64,000 bases of DNA from a virus: the IMG/VR virus record IMGVR_UViG_3300027782_000036; one strand, written 5' to 3'. Each line of letters begins with the position of its first letter. The stretch's first letter is position 1. Under the pieces are notes generated by a model. It searched no databases and had not been told where the DNA came from. It saw only the letters and a program-made list of their open reading frames with translations. Shown in pieces: positions 47,156 through 55,755 of this stretch. A program made the position numbers and the translations under genes.

Positions 47156-48796
47156 CTATGATATTGTAGTATAACCCCAATAAACAGTTTGAGATGAACC
47201 GCTAGTGTTGTTAATTCCAAAATCAAATCTATTGGTAGTCGAACTTGCAGACACACTGCTACGAACTATGGTGTTTGCAGTGCCTATAAACTGATTAGGT
47301 ATACTAGTAAAGTCAATGGGAGTTCCACCACCATTGTAGACCCAAGCATAATGTTGACCCACAACAGGTACATTGCTATTGGTAACTGTGGCAATGGCAT
47401 TGTATGCTATAATTCCATTAGGTATATTACCACTAACCCATAGTTCATAGGTACCACTTCCTGGAACTGTAAAGCTATAAGTACCTGATCCTATAGTAAC
47501 AGTCCATGTGCCTGTAGTTTTTGTAACTGCTGATGCAGACGTTGGGCCTGTGGCACCTGTTAATCCAGTAGAACCTGAAGCGCCTTGAGTTCCTGTAGCT
47601 CCATTAGTACCTGCAACTCCAGTAGATCCACTTGCACCTTGGAAACCTGAAGCTCCTCGAATACCTGTAGAACCATTTACTCCGCTAGCCCCATTAACAC
47701 CAGTTGCTCCATTGGTTCCAGTTGTACCTGTAGCTCCGTTGTTTCCAGCAACACCACTAGCTCCTTGTATTCCACTTGCTCCGTTAATACCGGTAGCTCC
47801 ATTACTTCCAGAAGTACCAATTGCGCCTGATGCACCTTGAATACCAGTTGCACCGTTTACACCCGTAGCACCATTTGTTCCGTTATTTCCTGGCGATCCA
47901 GTTGCACCATTGACACCTATTATTCCACTAGCACCAGCAACACCGGACGCACCTTGTTGACCTTGAGTTCCACTAGCACCTATAACTCCAGTGGCACCAG
48001 CATCTCCTCCACCTGGACCGGTTGCTCCAGCAGGACCAGTAGCACCATTACCTCCACCACCTTGTGCATTTTTTGGTGTCCATTTACCTAGTGTTGAATC
48101 AAATGTTAATACTTGATCGTTTGATGGACTTTTAACACTACTATAATCTGTATCACCTAAATCATATAGCCAATAGGAACCACTACCTGGTCCTGCAATT
48201 GATACTTTACCCAACCACTGTTCAAGATATTTTAATTTGTCTTGAATTGCTTTAATATTAGGTTCAGTCTTTTTAGCAATTGGATCGGTGAAAGTATTTG
48301 TATAACTTTCTTGTTTGGTAATTTTTTCAGAAGTTACTTCGACAATATCTTTAGGTTTAGAAGGTTCAACAACAACTTCTTCTTTGACAACAGGAACTTC
48401 AATAAATTCTTCTTGTTTTTGTTCGATGATTTCAATTTTATCATCAAGTTGTTTTTTAGCTTGTGAAAGTTCTTTGAAGAAATCGCCTAATGTAACAGGT
48501 GGTTCTGATTCTTCTTTGATTTCTGGAATATAACCTTCAACAGGTATTTCTTCTATTTCTTTTTTGAGGTTAGCTAATTCAGATAAAAAGCTTGTTGTGC
48601 TTTTAGCATTTTCTTGAAGATCAACTCCAATATTCTCTAAAAACTCTTTGTTCTTTTTATCTTCTTCTTCTAATTTGACCTTTTTGCCTTCTTTTACTAC
48701 ATTGGCAAATTCAGCCATCAAAGATGCTAAATCATTTTGAGGTTGCACGATATGTTCCATCCCAATTATCTGGTTTTCCTTCTTCAAGTCTTTCAA
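47156..48796 (-). CDS. Acidic N-terminal region plus collagen-like G-X-Y repeat protein with C-terminal beta domain (start may be 48760 or 48718)
   Basis: Long GAT/GAS G-X-Y run. Confidence 0.75.
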   Translation of the reverse strand: MKDLKKENQIIGMEHIVQPQNDLASLMAEFANVVKEGKKVKLEEEDKKNKEFLENIGVDLQENAKSTTSFLSELANLKKEIEEIPVEGYIPEIKEESEPPVTLGDFFKELSQAKKQLDDKIEIIEQKQEEFIEVPVVKEEVVVEPSKPKDIVEVTSEKITKQESYTNTFTDPIAKKTEPNIKAIQDKLKYLEQWLGKVSIAGPGSGSYWLYDLGDTDYSSVKSPSNDQVLTFDSTLGKWTPKNAQGGGGNGATGPAGATGPGGGDAGATGVIGASGTQGQQGASGVAGASGIIGVNGATGSPGNNGTNGATGVNGATGIQGASGAIGTSGSNGATGINGASGIQGASGVAGNNGATGTTGTNGATGVNGASGVNGSTGIRGASGFQGASGSTGVAGTNGATGTQGASGSTGLTGATGPTSASAVTKTTGTWTVTIGSGTYSFTVPGSGTYELWVSGNIPNGIIAYNAIATVTNSNVPVVGQHYAWVYNGGGTPIDFTSIPNQFIGTANTIVRSSVSASSTTNRFDFGINNTSGSSQTVYWGYTTIS

Positions 48797-50741
48797 TCAT
48801 TTTTTCATAATATTCATGGATGGTAACTTCTGGATCATTCAATAATGTTTGTGCAACAAATATTGCTTTCTTCCAATCACCATTATAATATAAATTTAAA
48901 AATTCTTTATGACCAATTATTCTTGTTTTGCCTATAGTATATATCTTGACGCCAATTGTCTTACCTTTAACCGCTATATTGTCTAATTCAATAACATTAT
49001 AGTTATCTTTAACTAATTCGGCAGTTTTTTCACCTAATACTATTTTAACACCGTATGGTTTAGATTGACCTTCTAACCTACTTGCCAAATTGACAGAATC
49101 ACCGAGGCAAGTATAGTCGAAACGTTGTCTAGAACCCATGTTACCAACAACAACACTGCCAGTATTAATACCAAGTCCCATACCAAACGGAGGGATACCT
49201 TCTTTAGAAATTTCTTTATTAAATCCATCTAAATCTCCTAACATTTCTAGACCAGTTTTTACTGCATTGAGAGCGTGATCTTTATCATCTAATGGTGCAT
49301 TCCAAAAAGCCATCTGTGCGTCACCAATATATTTATCGAGTGTTCCATTATTATCTAAAATCTTGGAAGTCATGGCAGTCATATATCGATTCATGATTTG
49401 TGTTAAACCTTGAACATCTTTACCATAGTGTTCTGATATGGTTGTAAAACCACGAACATCTGTAAACATAATACTCAATTCTTTTGTTTCACCACCAAGT
49501 CTCAATAACTCTGGATTCTTTTGTAACTTTTCAACAAGTGCTGGTGAAAGATATGTTCCAAATTGTTTTTTGATTTGTAATTTTTGGTTTAGTTCACTTA
49601 TAAACTTAACAGTATATGCATGAGCATACACAACAGCCAAACTGAAAATAGGAAACACACAATCCACAAGATAGCTGAAATGAGTAAAGGTATAATAAGA
49701 ACAATAATATAAACCACTAATAAGAAAAACAATAGGGACAATAGCATATTTCCACCTCGATAAGAAGATAATTAAAATTGATAATAATACTACTACAAGA
49801 ATTTCTGCACCATCTAACCAATCAGGTCGAGATATACTTGTACCACTCGTTAAAGTATCTAGGACTACAGCTTGTAAATAGTGTGGATACTGTTCACCTC
49901 TAGCTGTTGCAATTGGGTTATTGAGACCACGAGCCGTAAGTCCAACGATAACGATACCACCATCAAATGATTTAGGCATCTCCACAAGTGAATGTTCAAT
50001 TGGTTTACTTGACCAGTCGACCCAAATTCTACCAATTGTATCTGTTGATATTTTGGCAAATTTAGGTATTCTAACTGCTTCGATTCCTACATCAGTAGAT
50101 TTAACTTGAAAACTTGGGTCTCCAACTGCAACACGTAAAGTTTCAAGAGATATACTTGGGTAGAGTAGGTCGTTACTTGATACAACCATAGGTATACGGC
50201 GAACAACACCATCAATTTCAGGTAAGACATTTACGACTCCAACACCAGCTGCCTTATCATTTAGTAGTTGGATGTTAGGTTGAATACCTGGATAATCAAT
50301 GGTAAAATTATGTGCAGGTGTTCCAATTTCCGAAACTCCTGGTCTAAATGCTAAAGTTTTTTGTTTCTCTGGTGCGGCTATCTGAGGTAAGATGACAGGG
50401 TGTCTAGCAAGACTATCAGCCAAGTTGGCATCACGTCCAAAGCGATCATTGTCAGGCATAAAGATGTTAAAAACAACAAGACCAGCATTACGTTGGTAAA
50501 GGTCCTCGATAATGTTTGCATATTGGCTCCTAGGAAATGGAAATTGACCAAGTCTTTCGATTGATTTATCATCAATGTTTACCACATGAACCTGCTTGGA
50601 AATAGTTTGTGGTTTACTTGTTATGAGTGTATCAAAATATCGTAGTCTAACAGATTGAACAAATGATGGATCGAATGTTCTAACACCAATTAATAATGCT
50701 AATGTAAGTAATGCAAACCATGGACTAAGTAACCTCTTCAT
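48732..50741 (-). CDS. CHASE2-domain class III adenylate cyclase
   Basis: VVNIDDKSIERLGQFPFPR and DGVVRRIP (CHASE2); TM helices; FTDVRGFT, DKYIGDAQM, DYTCLGDSVNLASRLE. Confidence 0.93.
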   Translation of the reverse strand: MKRLLSPWFALLTLALLIGVRTFDPSFVQSVRLRYFDTLITSKPQTISKQVHVVNIDDKSIERLGQFPFPRSQYANIIEDLYQRNAGLVVFNIFMPDNDRFGRDANLADSLARHPVILPQIAAPEKQKTLAFRPGVSEIGTPAHNFTIDYPGIQPNIQLLNDKAAGVGVVNVLPEIDGVVRRIPMVVSSNDLLYPSISLETLRVAVGDPSFQVKSTDVGIEAVRIPKFAKISTDTIGRIWVDWSSKPIEHSLVEMPKSFDGGIVIVGLTARGLNNPIATARGEQYPHYLQAVVLDTLTSGTSISRPDWLDGAEILVVVLLSILIIFLSRWKYAIVPIVFLISGLYYCSYYTFTHFSYLVDCVFPIFSLAVVYAHAYTVKFISELNQKLQIKKQFGTYLSPALVEKLQKNPELLRLGGETKELSIMFTDVRGFTTISEHYGKDVQGLTQIMNRYMTAMTSKILDNNGTLDKYIGDAQMAFWNAPLDDKDHALNAVKTGLEMLGDLDGFNKEISKEGIPPFGMGLGINTGSVVVGNMGSRQRFDYTCLGDSVNLASRLEGQSKPYGVKIVLGEKTAELVKDNYNVIELDNIAVKGKTIGVKIYTIGKTRIIGHKEFLNLYYNGDWKKAIFVAQTLLNDPEVTIHEYYEKMIERLEEGKPDNWDGTYRATSK

Positions 50742-50869
50742 TGTATAATTTGGGTCTTCTTGTGTTGTAGGCTTTTCTTTAGTGCCTTAAACCAAAGTTT
50801 CTTTTGTTTCTTTGCTTGGTGTCTAACGCAAGCTAGGTACATCTTACGAATTAATTTTTTAACTTTCAT
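50738..50869 (-). CDS. 43-aa basic protein; absent from the ORF track
   Basis: MKVKKLIRKMYLACVRHQAKKQKKLWFKALKKSLQHKKTQIIQ; ATGA overlaps with both neighbours. Confidence 0.7.
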   Translation of the reverse strand: MKVKKLIRKMYLACVRHQAKKQKKLWFKALKKSLQHKKTQIIQ

Positions 50870-51612
50870 TTTATCTTCTTCCAATAAATTATCTTCCATT
50901 CACCTTCATGCGTCTCAACTAAAGCTGAACATGATTCAACCCAATCTCCATCATTCATGTATATGATGTCTTTAATTACTTTTATTTCTGGAGTATGTAT
51001 ATGACCACATATAACCCCATCGTATCCTTTTTTTGCACAATAGTCTGTTATTGTCTCTTCAAACTTAAACACAAATCCTACAGCTTTCTTGACTTTATGT
51101 TTTAAAAATTGGCTGAGACTCCAATAACCAAACCCCAACTTATGTCGTATATAATTAAACTTTGTGTTTATCCATAATACTGTATCATATGCATGATCAC
51201 CCAATACAGATATCCATTTTGCCATACGAGTGATACCATCAAACATATCGCCATGAGTTATAAGAAACCTACGGCCATTGATATCAGTATATTCTGACTG
51301 ATTACATAACAATATGTTTTTACCAAGACTAAAGTAGTTTACAAATGGTCTAAGAAACTCATCATGATTACCCGTGACATAAACAACTTTTGTTCCACGT
51401 TTACTGAAACCTAATATTCTACGAATAACATTTGTGTGACTTTGTTTCCACTTCCATTTGTTTAAATGTATCTTCCAACCATCTATAATATCACCTATTA
51501 AAAATAAGTTATCACAATCATTATGCTTGAGAAAATTATTAAGTAAATCAGCCTTAGCTTCACCAGCTCCTAAATGTGTATCAGATATACAAATAGTTTT
51601 ATACTTTTTCAT
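50866..51612 (-). CDS. Calcineurin-like metallophosphoesterase (LpxH/LpxH2-like)
   Basis: SDTHLG, GDIIDGW, GNHDE, HGD, GHIH, NDGDWVES. Confidence 0.85.
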   Translation of the reverse strand: MKKYKTICISDTHLGAGEAKADLLNNFLKHNDCDNLFLIGDIIDGWKIHLNKWKWKQSHTNVIRRILGFSKRGTKVVYVTGNHDEFLRPFVNYFSLGKNILLCNQSEYTDINGRRFLITHGDMFDGITRMAKWISVLGDHAYDTVLWINTKFNYIRHKLGFGYWSLSQFLKHKVKKAVGFVFKFEETITDYCAKKGYDGVICGHIHTPEIKVIKDIIYMNDGDWVESCSALVETHEGEWKIIYWKKIK

Positions 51613-52679
51613 TAATTACCTTTTTGATTAATTGTAATTACATTTGTGGTACTATCTTGTGTTTGTATTGATGTAGAAGAACCACTTTGGTTTATATTTA
51701 TCTGATATCCTAAATCTTTATTAATTAGAATTGTGGTGTTTTGATTATTCTTTGGACGTTGAATTATCCAATAAGACTGTTTATCAAACACATAGGTTCC
51801 AGTCAATGAGTTATATCCTACTTGAAATGCGGTCAACAATTGATTATCAAAAGCATTTGTAAGATACTGTGCATCTAATAAATTAACATCCAACTCTACA
51901 AAATCTTTATACGGATCTTTATAGACCTTCGTATCTAAAGCGTTTTGATCCAATCCATTAAAATCTAATGCTGATCCAGATTTATCTTTAATATCAGATT
52001 GTATTCTTTCTAATATCTCCTTAGGAGGTTTTACAATAAGCATGTTATCAATAGCTGATTCGGACAAAAGCAAAAGCACGGGTTTCATAGGCTTTATTTC
52101 AGTTGAAGATGTAACTGTTGCTTGAAATGCTTGATTGAGTATAACTGTACCAACTTCTGTTGTTACTTCAATTGATCCAACTGTACCATCTGCGTTTGGC
52201 AACAATATAATAAGACTTTTTCCTATTTCATCGACTGTCATAGTAAATGCTGTACCACGAACGGCTACTGAAGCAGTTGGTGTATTAATAGATACGTTTT
52301 TATTATTTTCGTGTGCGATATTACCAGAAGCATAACGAACAGTTCCCATGGTAACTTTGAGTGCTAATTTACCTGCACCTTTTTTATTCGGATCATAGAC
52401 AAAATCATCTATGACTAGTTTTGAATTTTCTGTGACACGAACTTGAGTGTTATCTTCAAACGTGATGCCAACTACACCGGCACCAGTTTGAACTAAGTCA
52501 TTTGAATCTATCGGAGATTTGGGTTTAGCATCCATCGCCTGCTTATTATGCGTGATGGATGCTGACCCTTTTTGTTCAGTTACAGAACCAATTGCTGACC
52601 AACTAGTGTTGGGTGACAGAGATAGCAGAGTTAGAACCAGTGAGGTTAATAACTGCGCTATTCGAAATTGTGTTGCCAT
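51612..52679 (-). CDS. Secreted FecR-domain protein
   Basis: Signal-peptide-like N-terminus; DLVQTGAG..ITFEDNTQV...INTPTASVAVRGTAF. Confidence 0.85.
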   Translation of the reverse strand: MATQFRIAQLLTSLVLTLLSLSPNTSWSAIGSVTEQKGSASITHNKQAMDAKPKSPIDSNDLVQTGAGVVGITFEDNTQVRVTENSKLVIDDFVYDPNKKGAGKLALKVTMGTVRYASGNIAHENNKNVSINTPTASVAVRGTAFTMTVDEIGKSLIILLPNADGTVGSIEVTTEVGTVILNQAFQATVTSSTEIKPMKPVLLLLSESAIDNMLIVKPPKEILERIQSDIKDKSGSALDFNGLDQNALDTKVYKDPYKDFVELDVNLLDAQYLTNAFDNQLLTAFQVGYNSLTGTYVFDKQSYWIIQRPKNNQNTTILINKDLGYQININQSGSSTSIQTQDSTTNVITINQKGN

Positions 52680-53301
52680 CTTGAATCACTGATATTGTAT
52701 TACTGTCACCGATAACATTAGCTGAAATATTATGACCACCACCTGATAATGTACCAAAACCAGTTTGTGTAGTTGTCAATGTATTGCTATCACCTGCAAG
52801 AGTAAAATTGTTAATAGTGTAAGCACTGTTGATTGTGCTTGTGATGCTATTACTATCACCAGTCACATCTAAATTATAAAGATAATTACTAGAATTACGT
52901 AATGTACCAATGTTTAAGATAGAGTTGTTGTTAGAACCATTAAGTGAAATACCTAATGTGCCTGAACTTGTGCCAAAGTTACCATAGTTCAATAATGTAG
53001 AGTTGCTGTTACCAAGTTGACTAATTGTTGCGTCAGAGTTTCCACCAATAAAGTTACCTAAGATACTATTGTTCATACCATCTTGTGTAATAGTCAAGAA
53101 CATACTGTTACCATCAATCGTAAATGGATTACCAGTCGTTGTATTTGTATCACCAACGTTGTTGTTAGATCCAGTTTGTGTAATAGTTACAGCTGATTGA
53201 TCAGCGTTTGTCTGATCGATATAGACTGAGTTACCTCCGTCTGCCCAAACACTAACTGCTAATAACAAACCCATCACAAAAGTGATAAGTTTACTTTTCA
53301 T
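52603..53301 (-). CDS. Secreted curlin-like (CsgA/CsgB-like) repeat protein
   Basis: Signal peptide ending VWA; repeated [IT]xQxGxxN / GDSN units; start moved to ATG 53301 after AAGGAG. Confidence 0.72.
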   Translation of the reverse strand: MKSKLITFVMGLLLAVSVWADGGNSVYIDQTNADQSAVTITQTGSNNNVGDTNTTTGNPFTIDGNSMFLTITQDGMNNSILGNFIGGNSDATISQLGNSNSTLLNYGNFGTSSGTLGISLNGSNNNSILNIGTLRNSSNYLYNLDVTGDSNSITSTINSAYTINNFTLAGDSNTLTTTQTGFGTLSGGGHNISANVIGDSNTISVIQDGNTISNSAVINLTGSNSAISVTQH

Positions 53302-54085
53302 TACTTTTCTCCTTAAATTGCCACATTCCTTTTTTTTCACCTTGAATAATCAATTGTTCAACGGCCAAGTCTGTGGCTAACTTGATACAGTGAATACTTG
53401 CTTCAGTTTGTGATAACCCAATTTCTGATTCAAAGTTTTTAGTGCCGTTATCATAAAATTTAAATATTGCCACAGCAGCAGTATAACTAAGTAACGTTTT
53501 TTGAGTATTCACAGTTAATAATACTTCACCAGTTTGCACACTAATTGCTCTTATACTAACTGTTACGACATCTTCTTGATATTGTGTATCTGGTCCTATT
53601 CCTAACCATCGAACACCAATACCACCAGTTCTTATATTACTGTCATAAGAAACTATGCCACCTTCAATTAACATACCTGCATAGAGTATAGGACTTATAT
53701 TCTTCTTATCATTCACTTCTTCTCTTGCAGATCGAATGAGTTGTCTTTCTTTAAGTAAGTTATCAAGACCAACTCGTTCTACAATTCTAAACCATTTACC
53801 ATCACCGGCTTCTTGTAATGATTTAATTAATACTGTTTCACCACCTTGAGTAACAGCAGTTGAGAACTTAGCTATATTACCAGAATCTTTTCTTTGGCCA
53901 GTTTTATCACCAAAATTATAAACAGCAACTACGACCTTACCTTGTTTAGGTTCAGGTAATTGAACCTTCTTTGGTTTTACGGTTGATTGTGTTTCTAATA
54001 CTTCAGGATCTTTTTTAACAACATTCATAGGTCCACCACACGCAGACAAAAGAACACATATTAATATTATGAATATATTCTTCAT
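53291..54085 (-). CDS. csgG: Curli secretion channel lipoprotein CsgG
   Basis: Lipobox LSAC; AVYNFGDKTGQRK, FSTAVTQG, VERVGLDNLLKERQLIR, EGGIVSYDSN. Confidence 0.93.
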   Translation of the reverse strand: MKNIFIILICVLLSACGGPMNVVKKDPEVLETQSTVKPKKVQLPEPKQGKVVVAVYNFGDKTGQRKDSGNIAKFSTAVTQGGETVLIKSLQEAGDGKWFRIVERVGLDNLLKERQLIRSAREEVNDKKNISPILYAGMLIEGGIVSYDSNIRTGGIGVRWLGIGPDTQYQEDVVTVSIRAISVQTGEVLLTVNTQKTLLSYTAAVAIFKFYDNGTKNFESEIGLSQTEASIHCIKLATDLAVEQLIIQGEKKGMWQFKEKSNEK

Positions 54086-54525
54086 TAGAATTTTAATGTT
54101 CCAATTGGTATTTCAACTTGAGTGATTGTACCATCAGCAGCTGTAACTGTTAATGATATTGAATCGGCTGTCTTTGTATATTGAATAGTATTACCTTCAA
54201 TAGTAACAGTTCCACTATTCTGTGGATTCTCACCGAACAAGTTGTTGATTAATTGTGTAGATAGTTGAGCATAAACTCTGCTCTCAAAGTTGTTTAAGAA
54301 CTTTTGTAAGTTCGTATTTTTAGCAGCTGCCGCTGCATCTTTTGCTGCTTGGAGTTTAGCCTCTTCAATTGCTTTCTTACGACTACTCTCTGTATTCTCT
54401 ATCGTTTGAACGTGAGAACTATATCCTATACCAGAAAAAGAAGGAGATTTAAATTGGAATACTTGCTCAGCATAGACGTTACTTGTTAGTATCGTCAGTA
54501 TTAGAATTCTTATTATTTTTATCAT
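54085..54525 (-). CDS. csgF: Curli assembly factor CsgF
   Basis: Signal peptide followed by FQFKSPSFSG; FESRVYAQLS; adjacent to csgG. Confidence 0.85.
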   Translation of the reverse strand: MIKIIRILILTILTSNVYAEQVFQFKSPSFSGIGYSSHVQTIENTESSRKKAIEEAKLQAAKDAAAAAKNTNLQKFLNNFESRVYAQLSTQLINNLFGENPQNSGTVTIEGNTIQYTKTADSISLTVTAADGTITQVEIPIGTLKF

Positions 54526-54757
54526 CTTTGATTTCTCGCATCATTAATACAACGTTAAGTTTTTGATTTAATCTAATCAAATCATTATCTAACATTCTAA
54601 TACGATCTATCAAAGCAATTAATACTGAATTTACTTCACTTAAAACTGGTTTAACTTCTTTTGTAGCCCACACCCAAACATAATATACAAAATAGCCACC
54701 ACCACAAGCAGCTACAATTGGGAAACCATATTTGTTTATTAAACTTACTAAATCCAT
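54479..54757 (-). CDS. Small membrane protein (YvrJ-like GFPI motif), paralog B
   Basis: KYGFPIVAACGGGYFV TM segment plus coiled coil. Confidence 0.65.
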   Translation of the reverse strand: MDLVSLINKYGFPIVAACGGGYFVYYVWVWATKEVKPVLSEVNSVLIALIDRIRMLDNDLIRLNQKLNVVLMMREIKDDKNNKNSNTDDTNK

Positions 54758-55069
54758 TTAAATATTATTTTCGTTTTTATTGTTTAAAAAATAATTAGCG
54801 GGAAATATACTATGATCACCTTTTTCCCATTGGATATAAATTGAATCTCCTTCACCATTGAAGCAAGCTTCCATTATTTCACCATCTTTACGAACAGCTT
54901 TAGCTGACCATGGGAATTTGTCTTTATATTTTTTTAATTCACATGGTTGATTTGAAATCCAAATTGTAACATTATCGTTGAAATTAAAATGTAACATCTT
55001 TACCGGTTCTTCAGCATAAGATATTAATGTTATGAATATTAAAAATAAACTAATCTTTGCGAGCATCAT
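54758..55069 (-). CDS. Small secreted protein with two Cys
   Basis: Signal peptide ending SYA; start moved to ATG 55069 (or 55066). Confidence 0.6.
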   Translation of the reverse strand: MMLAKISLFLIFITLISYAEEPVKMLHFNFNDNVTIWISNQPCELKKYKDKFPWSAKAVRKDGEIMEACFNGEGDSIYIQWEKGDHSIFPANYFLNNKNENNI

Positions 55070-55328
55070 TTTTCCCATCTGCACGAGCAATACGGTCAAT
55101 GTCTGGTTTAACACCTAATGCGCTACTCATAAGTGTATCGATACGAATAATATCATGATTCATGGTCTTGACACGATTATCCAAAGCTGATATAATTGCA
55201 CTTAATGATTTAATTGAGCTCATAACACCAGCTAAAATAAATTTAAGAGTAAGAAAAACAAAATAACCGCCAGCACAGGCGGATGCAATGGGAAAACCCA
55301 CTTCAGCAATTAGTTTGAAGATGTCCAT
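55050..55328 (-). CDS. Small membrane protein (YvrJ-like GFPI motif), paralog A
   Basis: EVGFPIASACAGGYFV TM segment plus coiled coil. Confidence 0.65.
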   Translation of the reverse strand: MDIFKLIAEVGFPIASACAGGYFVFLTLKFILAGVMSSIKSLSAIISALDNRVKTMNHDIIRIDTLMSSALGVKPDIDRIARADGKNDARKD

Positions 55329-55360
55329 ATTGATGTCCGTAGCTTAATGAATTACTAAAG

Positions 55361-55368
55361 TATTTATG
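55361..55368 (-). promoter_or_regulatory. T4-type late promoter (CATAAATA) for the curli/cyclase operon
   Basis: TATTTATG on +, reading CATAAATA on -, about 33 nt upstream of the first ATG. Confidence 0.7.
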
Positions 55369-55369
55369 C

Positions 55370-55398
55370 TTGACATGCATCAAAGGATGATATATAAT
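55370..55398 (+). promoter_or_regulatory. Sigma70-type promoter for the gp43 region
   Basis: TTGACA-17 nt-TATAAT. Confidence 0.82.
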
Positions 55399-55444
55399 AG
55401 TCAATTAGTGAGAAATCAATCTAAATTCGTTATAAGGACAAAAA

Positions 55445-55753
55445 ATGAATATTATCGCATTAAAATTAATTACCGGTGAAGATGTTCTTGGTGAACTTGA
55501 AACAGAATCCGAAACCCAAATTGTCATTGAAACTCCAGTTGGTATTACAGTTGTTCGTGGCAAAGATGGCAACCCTAGTATTGGTTTTTCACCATTCCCA
55601 CTGCATGCTGAACCGAAGACTGGTAATAAATTCACATTCAGCAAAAAACATGTAGTTTACAGTTATACTCCAGCTGAAGACTTTATAAACAATTATAAAC
55701 AAATCTTTGGTGCTGGTATTATTACTCCCACTAAACAATTAATTACAGGGTAA
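55445..55753 (+). CDS. Hypothetical protein (Sm-like fold probable) upstream of gp43
   Basis: LKLITGEDVLG...NNYKQIFGAGII. Confidence 0.6.
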   Translation: MNIIALKLITGEDVLGELETESETQIVIETPVGITVVRGKDGNPSIGFSPFPLHAEPKTGNKFTFSKKHVVYSYTPAEDFINNYKQIFGAGIITPTKQLITG

Positions 55754-55755
55754 TT

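Noticed and set aside
50760-50966. Plus-strand 68-aa ORF
   Set aside because: Antisense to a coupled minus-strand operon; the 43-aa minus ORF explains the gap better
47156-55328. Host chromosomal DNA, prophage boundary or chimeric assembly
   Set aside because: Same AT-rich composition, a phage late promoter and phage core genes on both sides; read mapping would settle it
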